From: Vicugna vicugna
Lineage: Eukaryota
DNA length: 64,000 nt
Assembly: GCA_013265495.1 (NCBI GenBank)
Contig: MU058844.1
Coordinates: 13,724,184-13,788,183, forward strand
Direction of reading: 5' to 3'
The notes beneath the pieces were generated by a model, which made no database searches, was not told the DNA's origin, and was given only the letters and a program-made list of their open reading frames with translations. A program made the position numbers and the translations under genes. The stretch's first letter is position 1, and every line of letters begins with the position of its first letter. Positions 1-13,205 of this stretch are shown one piece after another.

Positions 1-759
1 CAGTGAGAGCTGTCAAGCCAGTGAGAATAATTTTATGAAAAGGGTTGGGACTACTCCATAATTACAGAGAAGAAATTCTTCAGTAAAAAGGAGAAAATCC
101 ATGCTCGGATTGCATCCAAATATAATGTCCTTGATCACTAATCTTCCAAAGTGAAATTATAATAAACCTTAGTTTTCCTCTTCTTGCTTTTATGATTTGC
201 AGAGGGACTCATTCAATTTCTCACAGTTCATCTCAACCCCAACATTATTCAAACACAAGCTTCCCTCTCCAAGGTTAAGTAAACCAAAAAGTTGACCAAT
301 ATATTAAAAACTGCACACTTTAAACTGAGACCAATCTGAAGAAGTAAAACAAATGCCCACTTCTAAAATAAACTAATTTATAAAAAAAAAAGTAGAGAAA
401 CTTAAAAAAAAACTACATAAATGTATTAAAGTTCAAGAAAACTAGAGTAGGGAGTCTTTAAGATGAAAAAATATATATTTGGAGATTTAAAATATGACTG
501 CTGGATTTTGAAAATGCAATAAAGGAAAAAAACTGTGTATTGAATTATACAGAATACTGGCAATATATTAGTATTTTTACCCTCCCAAATTAAATAGAAA
601 AGAATGTAATGATAAGCAGAACAGATATTACCCAAAAACACAAATGACCAAATTTACATTGCCAATTCTTTTCCATGTGTATGCTGCAGCCAGGTGTCTT
701 AAGATAATGGATCAGTGTTTCTTTATGTTAGTGATTATAGGTAAAGAGAAACTTTCCAA

Positions 760-1980
760 ACTGAAATGCACAGAGAGAAAGAATAGTAATAATTTTAAAA
801 AGGCCAGAACATTTAAGACTGTGAGACAACTTCAAAAGATATAACATACACATGTCACTGGAATAGCAGGAGAAAAAGAAAACACAGCAGAAGAAATATT
901 TAAAGTAATCTCTGAGAGCTTTTCAAAATTAATGGCAAACACCACAGATCCAGGAAGTTCATAGAATACAAAGCAGGATAAATATTAAGCATCTGCATTT
1001 GGGTATATCTTTATTCAAACTTCAGAAAATCAAGAGAAAGAGAAAATATTGAAAATATCCATGGAGGAGAGGTGGGGGAATGTTACCATAGAGCATAGAC
1101 TTATTTATACACAAAACCCCACAATGATGGAGTAGCTCTTAATGGCCAAAGCCAGAACAATTTGAACAAAAAGAAAAAATAAATATTAGATGACAACCCA
1201 AACTATGAAAGAGCCAATACAAATATAAATAAATGAATAAATAAATAAATGGGGAGAAGAGGCAAATTTTCCAAGCAGAAGAATTCCAAGTAACTTATGG
1301 AAATACTCTGCCCTCAAGGAGTCAGGACATAATTCCCCACTCAAGTGTGATCTGTCATAGTGACTTCCAAAGAATATGATATGGAAATGGGAAAAAAAAA
1401 AAGTAATTTTACAGTGGAAAAATCTGACAAAGACTACCTCGGCCAAGTAGTCAAGGTTAACATCAAGTGATAAGGATGCTGATCAGTGATACCACTGATA
1501 CGATGGGGTAAGAATCAGACTTTACCTCTGGGGTCTTTTTTCCCCCAAACCCATAACCTCAACCTAACCATTAGAAAAAAAAATCAGAAAAATTCAGATT
1601 GAAGGGCATTTTACAAAATAGCTGACCAGTACTCCTCAAAGCTGGCAAGGTCATCACTAATAAGGGAAGGCTGAGAAAATGTCACAGTCAAAATGAACCT
1701 AACTGAGCATGACCACTAAATATTGGTGATAGTCTGGATGGGATCCTGCAACAGAAAAACAGACATTAGGTTAATAACTAAGGAAATATGAATAAAGTAT
1801 AGCCTTTAGTTAATAAGGTTAATCAATATTAGTTCATTAATTGTGACCGATATAGCATAACAATGTATGACGTTATTACTGGTGGAAATGGGGTGTTGGT
1901 GCATGAACATTCTTTACTACTGTCTCAATTTTTCTGTATATCTAAAACTATTCTAAACTAAAATGTTTATTTTAAAAAAA
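760..1980 (+). mobile_element. Old L1 (L1MC/L1MD-like): ORF1 fragment followed by 3' end
   Basis: ORF1-like DNA GCAGAAGAAATATTTAAAGTAAT...CAGATCCAGGAAGTTCA...AGCAGGATAAAT, then an L1M 3'UTR ending TCTAAAACTATTCTAAACTAAAATGTTTATTTTAAAAAAA. Confidence 0.7.
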
Positions 1981-2519
1981 CCTGTCCTGGGACAGATTTT
2001 TCTTTGATTTGTAATTCTATGCTGCACATCATTTATATAGTATAGCCTAAAATAGAAAAGCCACCAAGATGGTCTTTTCCTAATGTAGTTTGTAACTAAA
2101 TATGCTGGAGAGAAGATCAATGGGAGAAAGAATGTCCTTGTGGTATTACAGTCAGAGACCCTGCAGGAAACTGCAATATTCCTGGAGAGTTTCCCCAGAG
2201 AGCACAGAGAACTTCGTGAACCGGGATTGCTGCGCTTGGGGCCCTGAGTTTACCTTTTTTTTGGCAAGTACCAAGGTGATTGTTATTTACACTAAAGATA
2301 ATGAATCGGTGCTTTATCACGTGATGTGATGTAATATAGATTGCTCCAGACTCTTTCATCTCTAACCCTCAGATACAGTCATTGAGTCCAAGGTTGCTAT
2401 TCAGTCTAACTGAACCATGACCAGCTCATATTTCTCCATCTCTTAGAGGTTTTTATAAAGGACCTTGCTTACATCCACAAACTGCCCTACGAAGAACTTA
2501 TGATCCGTAAATTTCCCTG

Positions 2520-2900
2520 ACCTGGATGTTTGGAGTATCGAGATAAAAAAGATAGACATGCTCCTCTTCCTGATACAGATTTAGTCTGGTGAGAAAGAGA
2601 ACTGTTAAACAAATAATTATGCAGACAAGTAATCAATTATATAAGTGATAAACGTTATGAATGAAGAACTAAGGCTATAGCGGAGGGATCTGTCCCATGT
2701 TTGTGATTCTGTGTTGAGGGAGGTGTCAGTGAAGGATTTCATAACAAAAAATAATGTTGAATCTGAGACATCAAGGATAAATTGAGTTAGCTAGATTAAA
2801 GCTGTTGAGTTTAAGGGAGTGTCAATCAAGACAGTGTGTGGTTTATAAGCAGAGGGAACAGCACTGCAGAAGCTCTGTGTGGAAAAACCCATTGGAGGAT
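2520..2900 (-). mobile_element. L2 LINE fragment
   Basis: Purine-rich antisense L2 pattern (AGACATGCTCC...TAGTCTGGTGAG...TGAATCTGAGACATCAAGGAT...GCAGAGGGAACAGCA). Confidence 0.55.
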
Positions 2901-3139
2901 ATCCTTTTAGAGAAATTAAGAATTGAGAAGTGAGTTATCCACTCAACAAAAATTTATTCCATCCAGGTTTTTGGATGGAAAGTAACTCTATGGTGAGAGC
3001 TTAGAAAGGAAGAAAGGAAAAATATGTTAGTATTAAATCACTTGTCATTAGTAACCTTACTATTTCCTAATAATTACAGCTTCATTTCATAAGGCTTATA
3101 AATTATACCATTATAACCTGTTCTTGAAATGTTCTTCAG

Positions 3140-4110
3140 GTAAGACAGTCTTCTGGATTTTTTGCTTTGTTCTCGGGCATTTTTGATATTAGAGAAACAT
3201 TAGATTCTCTCCAGGCTTCTAGAAGCTCATGTATATGCCAGGATTTCTCAAAGATTTAATTCCCATCATACATCCTTCAGCAAATTCCTTTGCAAGTTAT
3301 TTTATCATCCTCTGGATAATTCATCTGGTCTAAGAGAACTGGCCTCATTTTGAGATGCTGTTATGTCTCTTTAAATATCTTCTGTTCTGGCTTTCAAATC
3401 CCTCTTTTTGGTATATTTATTCTATTCTTTAAATATAGTTATTCACCTTGTGGGAGAATACAAATGCAAAAACTTAAGTTTCATTTTTTTTCTCATAATA
3501 CCTTAACGTTTCCCCAAGCTGTTCCTTCTTTGGTTGTCTTTTTGCTCCAAAATATGAGCAAAAAGTTGTTTTGGCTGTTTTTAATATTTCTGTAATTTTA
3601 AATGAATTGTGACCAAGGCTTCCTGAAAACATTCCTAAGTGACACTATTTTATCAGTGTCATTAATGTGTCTCTTTAACTTGAATGTTTCAGGAAGCTTT
3701 CTTTGTGTGAATGTCATCCTTATTGTTTCTGCCCCCATATTCTTTCCCTTCAGTAGCTCTTCCGTAATGATGTAAACAGAATTACATTTTGTGGAACATT
3801 TTGAAACCTCTTGAGGTCTTCCCTCTTAGGTTCTGATGGCCTGAATCCATTTTCACTTTGTTCTTAAACAAAATAATAACATTTCCTTCGAAAATTTGAA
3901 GAATGTTGTCCGAATGTGCCCAGGATTTTCCTTTTGTTGTTATTTTCAACTCGAAGGTAGCACTGTTTCCTGTCCCCAAGGTTGTTGTCACTTCTACTTT
4001 ATCAACCAATTTTTCCTTCTTGGTCATTATTAAGTTCAGAGCAGCAATTTCCTGAGTTGCTTCCACTACCCTCTAAGAGGTAAAATTGTCAGTAGAAACA
4101 ATTTAGCTAA
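3140..4110 (-). mobile_element. L3/CR1 LINE ORF2 relic (end of endonuclease domain to start of RT)
   Basis: Minus-strand peptides DNF..VVEATQEIAALNLIMTKKEKLVDKVEVTTTLG, NIKNSQNNF..WSKKTTKEG and IFEKSWHIHELLEAWRESNVSLISK..KNPED. These are collinear with CR1 motifs PTRG..LDLILTN.EELV, K.NKK.F..Y..SK and IFEKSW.TGEVPEDW..ANV.PIFKKG. Confidence 0.85.
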
Positions 4111-4249
4111 CTATTGTGTCAGTCCAGGGTACTCCTGCCAGTTTAGTGGCCTGAGAGCATTTTTTTGGTAGCCATTTGGGTAGAAACATTATGATACTAA
4201 CTAAGCTATAATATGGCACCATAACTCACATCGTATTCTACTACAAAAA

Positions 4250-4666
4250 TCTGTAGAACAAAGACAAGTTATTCTTACTATGGCCTACAAGGTTCTAGAT
4301 AATCCAGACTTGTGTTCCTCTCCAGCTTCAACTCGTTTTCACCTCTGGCTCACACACTTCACCTTAGATGTGATCTGATGACACAGCAAGCTCTTTCCTT
4401 CCTGGACGCTGTTATTCCTACATTCTGCAGAGCGAGTTTCTTCTTAATCTTTACGTGTCAGCCTAACATTTACTTTTCTACAATAACCTGCTATTGATTC
4501 TCCTCATACCACTTATTATAATCTGAAATTATCCTTATGTATTTGTTTGTTATGTTACGCCAATGAGAAAGTAAATGTTAAGAGGTCGAAAATCTTGTGT
4601 CTTTCTGTTACTGCATACTCATGCACAGTAAATCCTCAATAAACAATTGTTAAATAGGTAAATAAA
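4250..4666 (+). mobile_element. L2 3' end
   Basis: TATGGCCTACAAGG...CCTTCCTGGA...CACAGTAAATCCTCAATAAACAATTGTTAAAT resembles the L2 terminal consensus. Confidence 0.65.
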
Positions 4667-4727
4667 AGGGAGGGGAAAAGGAATGCATTTGAAGTACAAC
4701 AGAGCATTCTCACTGAGAAGAGCAATG

Positions 4728-6604
4728 TTCTGCCCGGCCTCAGGTGAAACTGCTTAACCAGAGCCTAGCCTGCTGGGATATTATCAGGGTCTAACTGATC
4801 TGGAGAAGGGAAATACTCACCCCCAGCCCCATCTGTTCATTCTGTCCCACTTTGGGGGTGGGGTGGGGACTGAGAAACGTGTGAAGTTCACAGTCCAGAG
4901 GCATAGGTTCACTAAAAGACAGAGACCTAATCATGGGATTACAGGATGCCTCCCTGAGCACACCTGCCCCTCCCACACCTCACTGCCACATTACTAAAGG
5001 CCTACTTACAGCAGTTCCTTTCACCTGGTACAGCAAGCCTGGTTATCAAGGAAAAAATCAGTAAGGATACCAAAAGACAAAAAACACAATTTGAAGAGAC
5101 AGAGCAAGCATCAGAACCAGGCATGGCAGAAATGTTGGAATTATTAGACCCAGAATTTAAAATACCTAAGATTATCCTAAAGACTCTACTGGATAAAGCA
5201 GACAGCATGAGAGAACAGATGGGCAATGTAAGCAGAGATGGAAATCCAAGGAAAGAACCAAAAAGAAATGCTAGAAATCAAGAACACTGCAACAGAAATG
5301 AAGAATGTTTTTTGATGGGATTCTTACTAGACCGGACATGGCTGAAGGAAGAATCTTGGAGCTAGAGAATATACCAGCAGAATCCTCAAAGAGTGAAAAG
5401 CAAAGAAAACAAGGACTGACTGAAACAGAAAAGGAGATCCAGCCTGGGGGATGACTACAAAAGGTGTGACACATGCATGACGGGAATACAAGACGCAGAA
5501 GGGATAGAGAAAGAAACAGAAGAAATATTTGAAACTACAATGACTGAAAATTTCCCCAGATTAATGACAGACACCAAACCACCCATCCAGGAAGCTTGGG
5601 TGACACCAAGCAGGATAAATGCCAAAAGACCACTACACCTCAGCCTATCATTTTCAAATTTTAAAAAATCAAAGATAAAAAGTCCTGAAAGAACGTGGAG
5701 TAAAACAACACCTTATGTAGGGGAAACAAATTTGATTACATCCAAATCTTCTCAGAAACCACGCAAGCAAGAAGAAAACAGAGTTAAAATATTTAAAAGG
5801 TTGAGTGAAAAAACTTACCAATCTAGAATTCTACACCCTGGGGAATTATCCTTCAAACGTACAGGAGAAATAAAGACTTTCTCAGAAAAACAAAAATTGA
5901 AAGAATCTGTTGTCAATATACCAGTAAGGTTAAAAGAAGTTCTTTAGAGAGAAGGAAAATAATATAGGTCAGAAACACAGATGTCCATAAAGAAGGAAAG
6001 AGAACCAAAGAAGAAAGAAGTTGGAGGTAAAATAAAAACATTTATTTCTTTAATTGATCTAACAAATAACAGTTCAAAATACTAATAGCAACAATGTATT
6101 CAGTTATGAATGCTTATGTATACATTTTGTGTATATACATATACACACACATACGTATGCTTATATATAAGTGAAATGAAATGACAGCTACATACCATAT
6201 GATTCCAACAATGTGACGTTTTGGAAAGGGCAAAACTATGAGGGCAGTAGAAGGATCAGTGGTTGTCAAGCAAGGTGGTAGGGGAGATGAACAGGCAGAG
6301 CATAGAGGATTTTAAGGGCAGTAAAATGCTCTGTATATTATAATAATGGACATATGTCATACTTTTATCCAAATCCATTAAATGCACATCACCAAGAGTG
6401 AACCATAAAGTACAGTATGGACTTGGGGTGTTTATGATATGTTGATGTAGGTTTATCCTTGGTAAAAATTCTGGTAGATGATGTTGAATACAGGGGAGGC
6501 TATGGATGTGTTGGAGCAGGGGCTATATGAGAAATCTCTATACCTACTTCTCGATTTTTTTGTAAACCTAAAACTGCTCTAAAAATTAGATCTCTTAAAA
6601 AAGC
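4728..6604 (+). mobile_element. L1MC/L1MD-like element: 5' region, ORF1 remnant and 3'UTR, with no ORF2
   Basis: ORF1p-like peptides (5477-5947: EEIFETTMTENFPRLMTDTKPPIQEAWVTPSRIN; TYQSRILHPGELSFKRTGEIKTFSEKQKLKE). L1 3'UTR from ~6188 (CTACATACCATATGATTCC...GGCAAAACTATG...TAAACCTAAAACTGCTCTAAAAA). AGCAATG lies on both sides (4721-4727, 6605-6611). Confidence 0.85.
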
Positions 6605-6830
6605 AGCAATGAAAATAAATGACTCAGCAATGTGGGTGAATCTCACAAACATAAAGTCCAAGAAAGAAGCCAGATATGAAAGGATGCATATTGAGTGATT
6701 CTCTTTACGTGAAGTTCAAAATAACAAATATATATTTGGTGCTGGAAGCCAAGGTAGTGGTTGGTAAGGCACTGGAGAAATGTTTTTGATGTGTTAGAAA
6801 TGTCTCTTCCTTAACTTTACATGGGTGTTA
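6605..6830 (+). mobile_element. Older L1ME-like 3' fragment, probably the host of the preceding insertion
   Basis: GCAATGTGGGTGAATCTCACAAACATAAAG...AAAGAAGCCAGA...GATTCTCTTTACGTGAAGTTCAAA. Confidence 0.65.
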
Positions 6831-7699
6831 ACAAACCTAAAAAAATTTCTTTAAAATGGTCAAAGGTATTCCTAATTCCTAACCATTAAAACAAACAAAC
6901 AAAACAATTAAGATATAAAATTGGTATACATAGTTTTAAATTCATGCACGACTTTGACTCTTCAAAGTAAGATACATTACTGAACAAGCAAATATGTATA
7001 ACTAACATGAATTACTTTTTTTAGAGAATGGACTTGCATACAAACTATTTTGTAAATCATTTGTGGTTCTGATAAAGATGTTTTGTTTCTTGAGGTTTCC
7101 CCAGGAATGCCTTGACAAATATGTGAATTGAGGTTTGGTTATTCAAGGATGGACGGAACAATTTCTACATATGTTGAAGTCACTTTTCAGTTAAATTTAT
7201 TAATCACAAAGGGCTTTATGTCGGCACATTGAGCTATCTAAAGGCTTGAGATTTGTTCCCTTTGAAGAACAAGGACTGTAAAATAACAAAGTATTTTTTT
7301 TTCCTGTTGGCTTCCTTCTTTTTGAAACCAATAATGACAAGAGATTTCAACACCTATGAGGGATGTTAACGATATTTTACATTTGAATATTTACACTTTT
7401 CAGTGTTCTTTTATGTTGTTCTTCTATGTATGTGATTTATTTGATTTCTTTTAAAAGAAATCCTGTAAGGTAGATAATACATTTTTTTTTAAATCACCTG
7501 TTTTAAAAACAGAGGCTACTGAAGACCATCAAAGCTAAATGATATGTCTAATGAATAAAGACATTTTCGCCATGAGTAGGCACTAGAAAGGTCAGGGCTA
7601 GAAGTCAGTTCTTTAAACTTCTAGTCCAGTATTCCTTCAAGTCAATAAAGTCATTTAATTTTAGGCAATAATGTGTATACTTGAAAAAGCGTGGTTACT

Positions 7700-8580
7700 T
7701 GCCCAATTATTTCTCTCTTTTCCTTCAGGGATTTTAACACTCATATTAGACCTTTTATAGTGTCCCATATATCTCCTATATTCTTCATTTTTTATTCCTT
7801 TTCCCTGTATGTGTTTCAATCTTGGTATTTTCTACTAATTGGCTGAATTTCCACTTCACTAATCATTTCATCAGCTGTGTCTAATGTCCTGTTACACTCA
7901 TGTAATAATTTCCGAATTTCAGGAATCATACATTTCATTTCTAGAAATTTCTTCTGTTATAACAACTAATATAATAACAATTAATTCAGGCAAAAATAAT
8001 CCATAAATGCTAAAACAAATAAAATGCTGAGAAAAAGAATCATCCCGCAGATTACTTACTAATTACAATAGTCAAATGTACCTTTACCTGAAGAGATTTG
8101 GTTGATTACCAAATGACCAACTTAGCATCACCAACAGTATAATTGGCTATTGATGTATCTTTAGATGTGATGCAATAAAAAAGTATGCTATATCACCTAT
8201 GGAGTATTCTTTCCAAAAATGTGTAGTTGAATTTAATAATGAGAAAACAAATTCAGAATGTGAGACATCCTGCAAAACAAATGATCTGGCCTCTTTGAAA
8301 ATATCATGAGAAACAGACAAAGGGCAGCAGGTTCCAGATGTAAAGAGATTAAAGAGACATAATAAACACATGCAATTATGTGACCACTGATTAGATCCTG
8401 AATGGGAAAAATTCAATATAGAATATTCATTAGACACTATTGAATTATTATTTTATTTCCTTAAGTATTATGGAGATATAGGAGAATGTCCTCATTTATA
8501 GGAAATACATACTGAAATATTCAGAGGTGAAGTGTCAGGTCATCTACAGCTTATTTTCAATTGATTCAGCAAAATACAAA
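7700..8580. mobile_element. Ancient L1 fragments (antisense ORF1-like piece ~7700-7930; sense L1MC/ME 3' piece ~8040-8580)
   Basis: TCATCAGCTGTGTCTAATGTCCTGTTA..CATTTCTAGAAATTTC, and AATTCAGAATGTGAGACATCCTGCAAAACAAATGATCTGG...ACATACTGAAATATTCAGAGGTGAA. Confidence 0.55.
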
Positions 8581-10429
8581 CATATACACATGTATGTGTA
8601 TTTAAAAAAACATATAAATGTAATTAAATGTATGTTTCATGAGTGAGTCGAGTTTGCCAACAGTAAAATAAATATAAGGTAACAAAACAATAACAAAGTA
8701 TTTTTCTTCTATATCAGTAGAGGATAAATTATGCTTCTTCACACCATTTACTGAAGTAGAAAATGAAATATATTGTAGATAGCTTTTCTTAAAGCATTGA
8801 AAAGTAAATTTGAACTTTAAAGGAATAACTAATTACTAACGTAAGTAACTAAAAGTAAATTTGAAATTTAAAGGAGTAACTGCTACACGTCTTGAAAATG
8901 TGAAAACTAGAACATTGATCAGCTATCCTAGGTATTAGGAACAAAATCTTAACGTTATTATCTGTTAAGTGAGAGCCTCCACTTTTTTCTGAAAGTAAAA
9001 TTTCCAGCCCCGTGAAGTCTCCTCTCTTCCAAGGTAGTGTATTTGTAGGAGACAAGTTATAGTATCATTTGACAAATAATCTTTCCAGCTGTCCTTGATG
9101 ACCAGAGTTCCTTCATTCCATTTTCATTGTAAGGGTTTTTTGCTCCAATTAAGTAATTTCATCTTCACAGGAAGAGACTCAAGATTTCTATCTTGCTAGC
9201 CTGAGAATGGGGCTTCTGGGCACTCTTTCTTAATGGGTTATGCCAAGTTATCACCCTTGTCTAAGCTTCTTTGGTCTAACAATGGCACGAAGATAATTCT
9301 GTATTGCTTTTTTTTCTGTGTAATAGATTCCAGTATGATCCCCATGAGTTAGATTCTGTGGAAACATTTTCCTTACTAAGAAAAAAATGCATGTGAAATG
9401 AACTTGCTTCTAAATCCGGGTGGAACTGATGAAACTTGATGTTTAATGATGTTCCCTTACGATTTAAAGTGCACATTTCTAAGACTGGGACAAGACTACA
9501 ATTAAATTTCTAGTTTCTCCTGTTGCCTGGAGGGAGAGTTTATCCAAGCTGATCCAGGTACTGCTTTCTAATAATTTCTTTTGCATCTGCTGTGACAATA
9601 CAACACGTTGTACTCACAACCACTGAAGTCTAATGTCTAATATTAATTTCATTTGGTGTTCTCTTGTTCAGGTGAGAACTAATGAAAGTTTAAGAAATAG
9701 TTTTTGAATGGATAAAAATGCATGAGCATTTGATTTATATTGGAGATTTTCTCTCTTTCATATATTGTTGCTGTTGCTTGGGGCATAGGAGTAAAGCACA
9801 ACGGGAAGATGGTGATTGACACAGTTGATGGGAGGAAGACGGAGGTGTTTTAGGGCCAAAGATTCTGGTCTATCATCCCCACTTTTTAAAGCCTGGATTC
9901 AAACTTATTTCTTCTATTTATAGTAACACCTTCCTTAAGACTACAGGAAAAAGGACAAGAAAAAGAAAGAAGTATATTATTAGATTTGAGCAACTTTGCT
10001 TTTCATAAAACCACAAAGACTGAAGAAGGGAAAACATTTCAGGAAAAAAATAAAGTTATAGGTTACTGTAGTGTCTCATCATCTGCAAAAGGGAGTTCTC
10101 TTTTCTTTTGACCTCTCCACTGCACATAGAGTGACATGCCTCCCTGGTTTCTGGGTGACTGAGGCAGGAGGTAACTATGCCAAGACAGCCAATACGCAAT
10201 GTTAAGTCTGAGCAGAGACTTGAATGATATAAAGGACAATCCAAGAAAAGATCCATGAGGAACTCAGGCAAAGGAAACAGTAAATTAAATGGTCCCAAGG
10301 TAGGAACCAGTTTAGTACATCAGGGAATAGAAATAAAATTACGGGGACAGGAGCTTAAGGCTAGGTTTGCAACATCTTTGGAATCCTTGTAGTTTCTACC
10401 ATGATCTGTTAGATCTATTGCTTTTGAAG

Positions 10430-11600
10430 CCCTGAGCTTCCATGTAAATTGTCTGACTCCCCTGGGCTGCCAAACTGGAAAAATTACAAAGAGACATTCC
10501 ATAGAAAGATCCTAAGACCATGCAGACAGCATATTCTCAGTCAGCCTCAGCAGATCTAGCCCACAGCCATTGCAATCTTCCAGTCTGAAGCAATAGATAT
10601 CACGGAGCAACAATGAACCATCTTCTCCAAGGTCTGCATAGGTGCCTGATCCACAGAACCGTTAGAGGCAATAATAAGGTGGCTCTGGTTTTAAGCCACA
10701 GAGTTCTGGAGTAGTTTGTGACGCAGCTCTAATCAGAACAGAATCTGGTTCTGTAAGTGTAGCACTGCTAGAATAAAAACGCAAAGCATTTGCCATTGGC
10801 TTTGGGACCAGGGGTAGATCAAAGCTAAATGGTCTCAAGGAGACTGTTAGTAGAAACTGGAACTAACCTTGAGGAAACTATTGGTGAGGGCTTGAAGGAA
10901 AGCAAGGAAAATGTTACTGGAGGTTAGAAACAAGAGGATTCTTCTTATGCAGTGACAGAAAGTTTGACAACACTGTTGTCAATAGAAAAATAGAAAAGAA
11001 ACCTAATGAACTCATAAATCTGGCAGGGAGATTTTCAGCAGAACATACAGAGGGACAACTGGATTCTTGCAGCCTTTGACAAAATAGGAGAAGAAGAGAT
11101 GCACCAACGAACATACCGCCAAGGTTTTGAACAGAATTTAGAGAAATCACGTGAGCCAGACTTGTTGGTTTTGAAAATAAAACTGTTTCTCAATCTTTCT
11201 CAGCAAAATAATATCAAAGTAAGAAATCAAATTCAGATAGGGCTATAAGATCATTTGATCAAATCCCCAAAATGTGTAAGTTGGTATGTCTCAAAGATAA
11301 TTTCAGCTAGACAAAAGCCATCCAAAGGACTTAAGGGCATGCCTCCTAGACTTTCCCTGTTAAAACAATAGAAATCCTAAGATTTTTAAGGGTTTTGTAT
11401 CACAGCAGCCTCACAGGGGATCCAAGGTTTTAGCGGGCTTTGAGAGAAGAGTCACGAATGTATCTTTTGTTTAATGGAGTAGATTATGACTTGATACACA
11501 AAGCTTTGAAAAGAATTATATTAGCCTGGACTGAAAAAACAAGGAAAGTTCAAAAGGAAGAGGCTTTTGGATTCTAACCTACTTCAGATAAGAAGCAGGT
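10430..11600 (+). mobile_element. ERVL-MaLR MLT1-type LTR (to ~10740) plus adjoining internal sequence
   Basis: LTR end CCTGATCCACAGAACC...GGTTTTAAGCCACAGAGTTCTGGAGTAGTTTGTGACGCAGC...AACA, followed by MLT-int-like GAATCTGGT...TTGGCTTTGGGACCAGG...GAAAATGTTACTGGAGG. Confidence 0.75.
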
Positions 11601-12029
11601 TGAAAAGTGTTCTTTATTTAGGAAGATTTTTTTTTCCTCTTATGTTTTGAACACAGATGACTAAAATTAGAACAGGACATTAACTGAAAAGTAGTGTCAT
11701 TAAATTAATTTAAAAATTAGAAGGACATTGATCTATAAACTTCTGAATATCCATTAAAAACCTTTCAGCTTTGTAAACTTATTGTATATCCTGGGTTTTG
11801 TAATTTTCCAAGAAAATACTAAATTTAGAATTCTTAAGAAAAGGAAGCAGGGCTGAAAGCTTTAGGATCACGTTGTGAATGAATAAGACTGAAATACCAG
11901 AAATCTAATGGAATAAGAATCCAATATCTGAAATTCTCAGTTGTAGAAACTCAGGCTCATAAAGAGCAATTTCCTCCACATGGCCTGCAACGTTCAGTGA
12001 AATTCAACACAAATATTATTGAAAAAGAC

Positions 12030-12290
12030 AATCTTTGCAGGCAAAACACCTGGATGCAAGTCTTATTTCCTCCAATTCCTAGAGGTTTGATTTCAGGCAA
12101 TTTTAATAATGTTTCTATACTAACATGCCCTTATCTCTAAAATGGGAAAAGTCATTATCTCTAAAATGAGAATAATCATAGTACACATACTAAAGCATTG
12201 CTCTGGGAATTAAGTGGAGGAATCTATGTAAATCATCTAGCCCAGAACCTGGAGGACAGTACTTACGCAATAACCTAACTATGATCATCA
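12030..12290 (+). mobile_element. MIR SINE
   Basis: Core TTATCTCTAAAATGGG/..AAAATGAGAATAAT (locally duplicated), then GGAATTAAGTGG..TATGTAAA..CTAGCCCAGAACCTGG. Confidence 0.65.
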
Positions 12291-12369
12291 GATGCAATAT
12301 AATCACCATTGCAGTTACTTCATCATCATCATCATCATCATCTTCATTATCACCATCACTGCTTAATAT

Positions 12370-13205
12370 AAAGCAGGCACTAACCTGGTCATTAGGGACA
12401 TGATTGTGGCCAAAGAGACATGATTCCAGCCCTTACAGTCTAGCATGGGAAATAAGCAATGAAACAAGTAATTGCAATTCTAGAATCTACGTGTCCTGAC
12501 AGAGAAACTAAAGCATGCCATGCACTGAATGCACAGAGTACAACATATTTAAGAGCACCAAAAAAGCCTTTGAGGAGGTAACGATGTTTAAACTGAGATT
12601 TGAAGGCTGAGTAGCAGTTAGACATAAGACAAGAGGTGGGAGGGTTCCAAGAAAAGAGGACAGCATCTGGGAACGTCCCGAGGTAGTCCAAAGAAGGAAA
12701 AAGCATTGTGAAGAAATGACCAGATGAGAGGGACAGGGACTTATTAAGGAACTTGGATTTATCCTAAGTGCAAGAAATAGCCATTGATAGGTACTAAAAT
12801 GGCAGGGCAATCTTGAGTGTCTTTATTCTCTGAAAGATTATTTTGAGTGAAGCATACAGAACAGATTTTTGGGTATCAATATTGAAAGCAGAGAGCTCTG
12901 TTAGGGAGCTGTGGATGTTACACAGGTAAGACATGTTGGCTGCCTGGACAGTTAAGAGTGAAAGAAAGTGAGTGAGCACACTTGAAAGCTGCTTAGGAGA
13001 AAGAATTTTTTTAATTTGGTGACGGAGTTGATCTTGGAGCTGGTAGAAAGCGATTGAGTCACAAATGTTTCTCAAGTTTTTACCTTGAACATATCAATGC
13101 CAGGTATAGATTTCAGGAGGAGGTTAGAAAAGCTGAATTGGGGGTTGAAGCTAATGAATGATGACTTTAGTTCTAGGTATTCTGTTTGCAATGCCTTTGG
13201 GACAA
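12370..13205 (-). mobile_element. L2 LINE fragment
   Basis: AGACATGATTCCAGC..TTACAGTCTAG...GAGGAGGTAACG..AAACTGAGATTTGAAGG...GGATTTATCCTAAGTGCAA.GAAATAGCCATTG. Confidence 0.7.

Noticed and set aside
3782..4066. 94-aa ORF as a novel gene
   Set aside because: A fragment of decayed CR1 ORF2 with no ATG start, flanked by stops.
5123..5947. 80-aa and 156-aa ORFs as host genes
   Set aside because: Frameshifted L1 ORF1 remnants.
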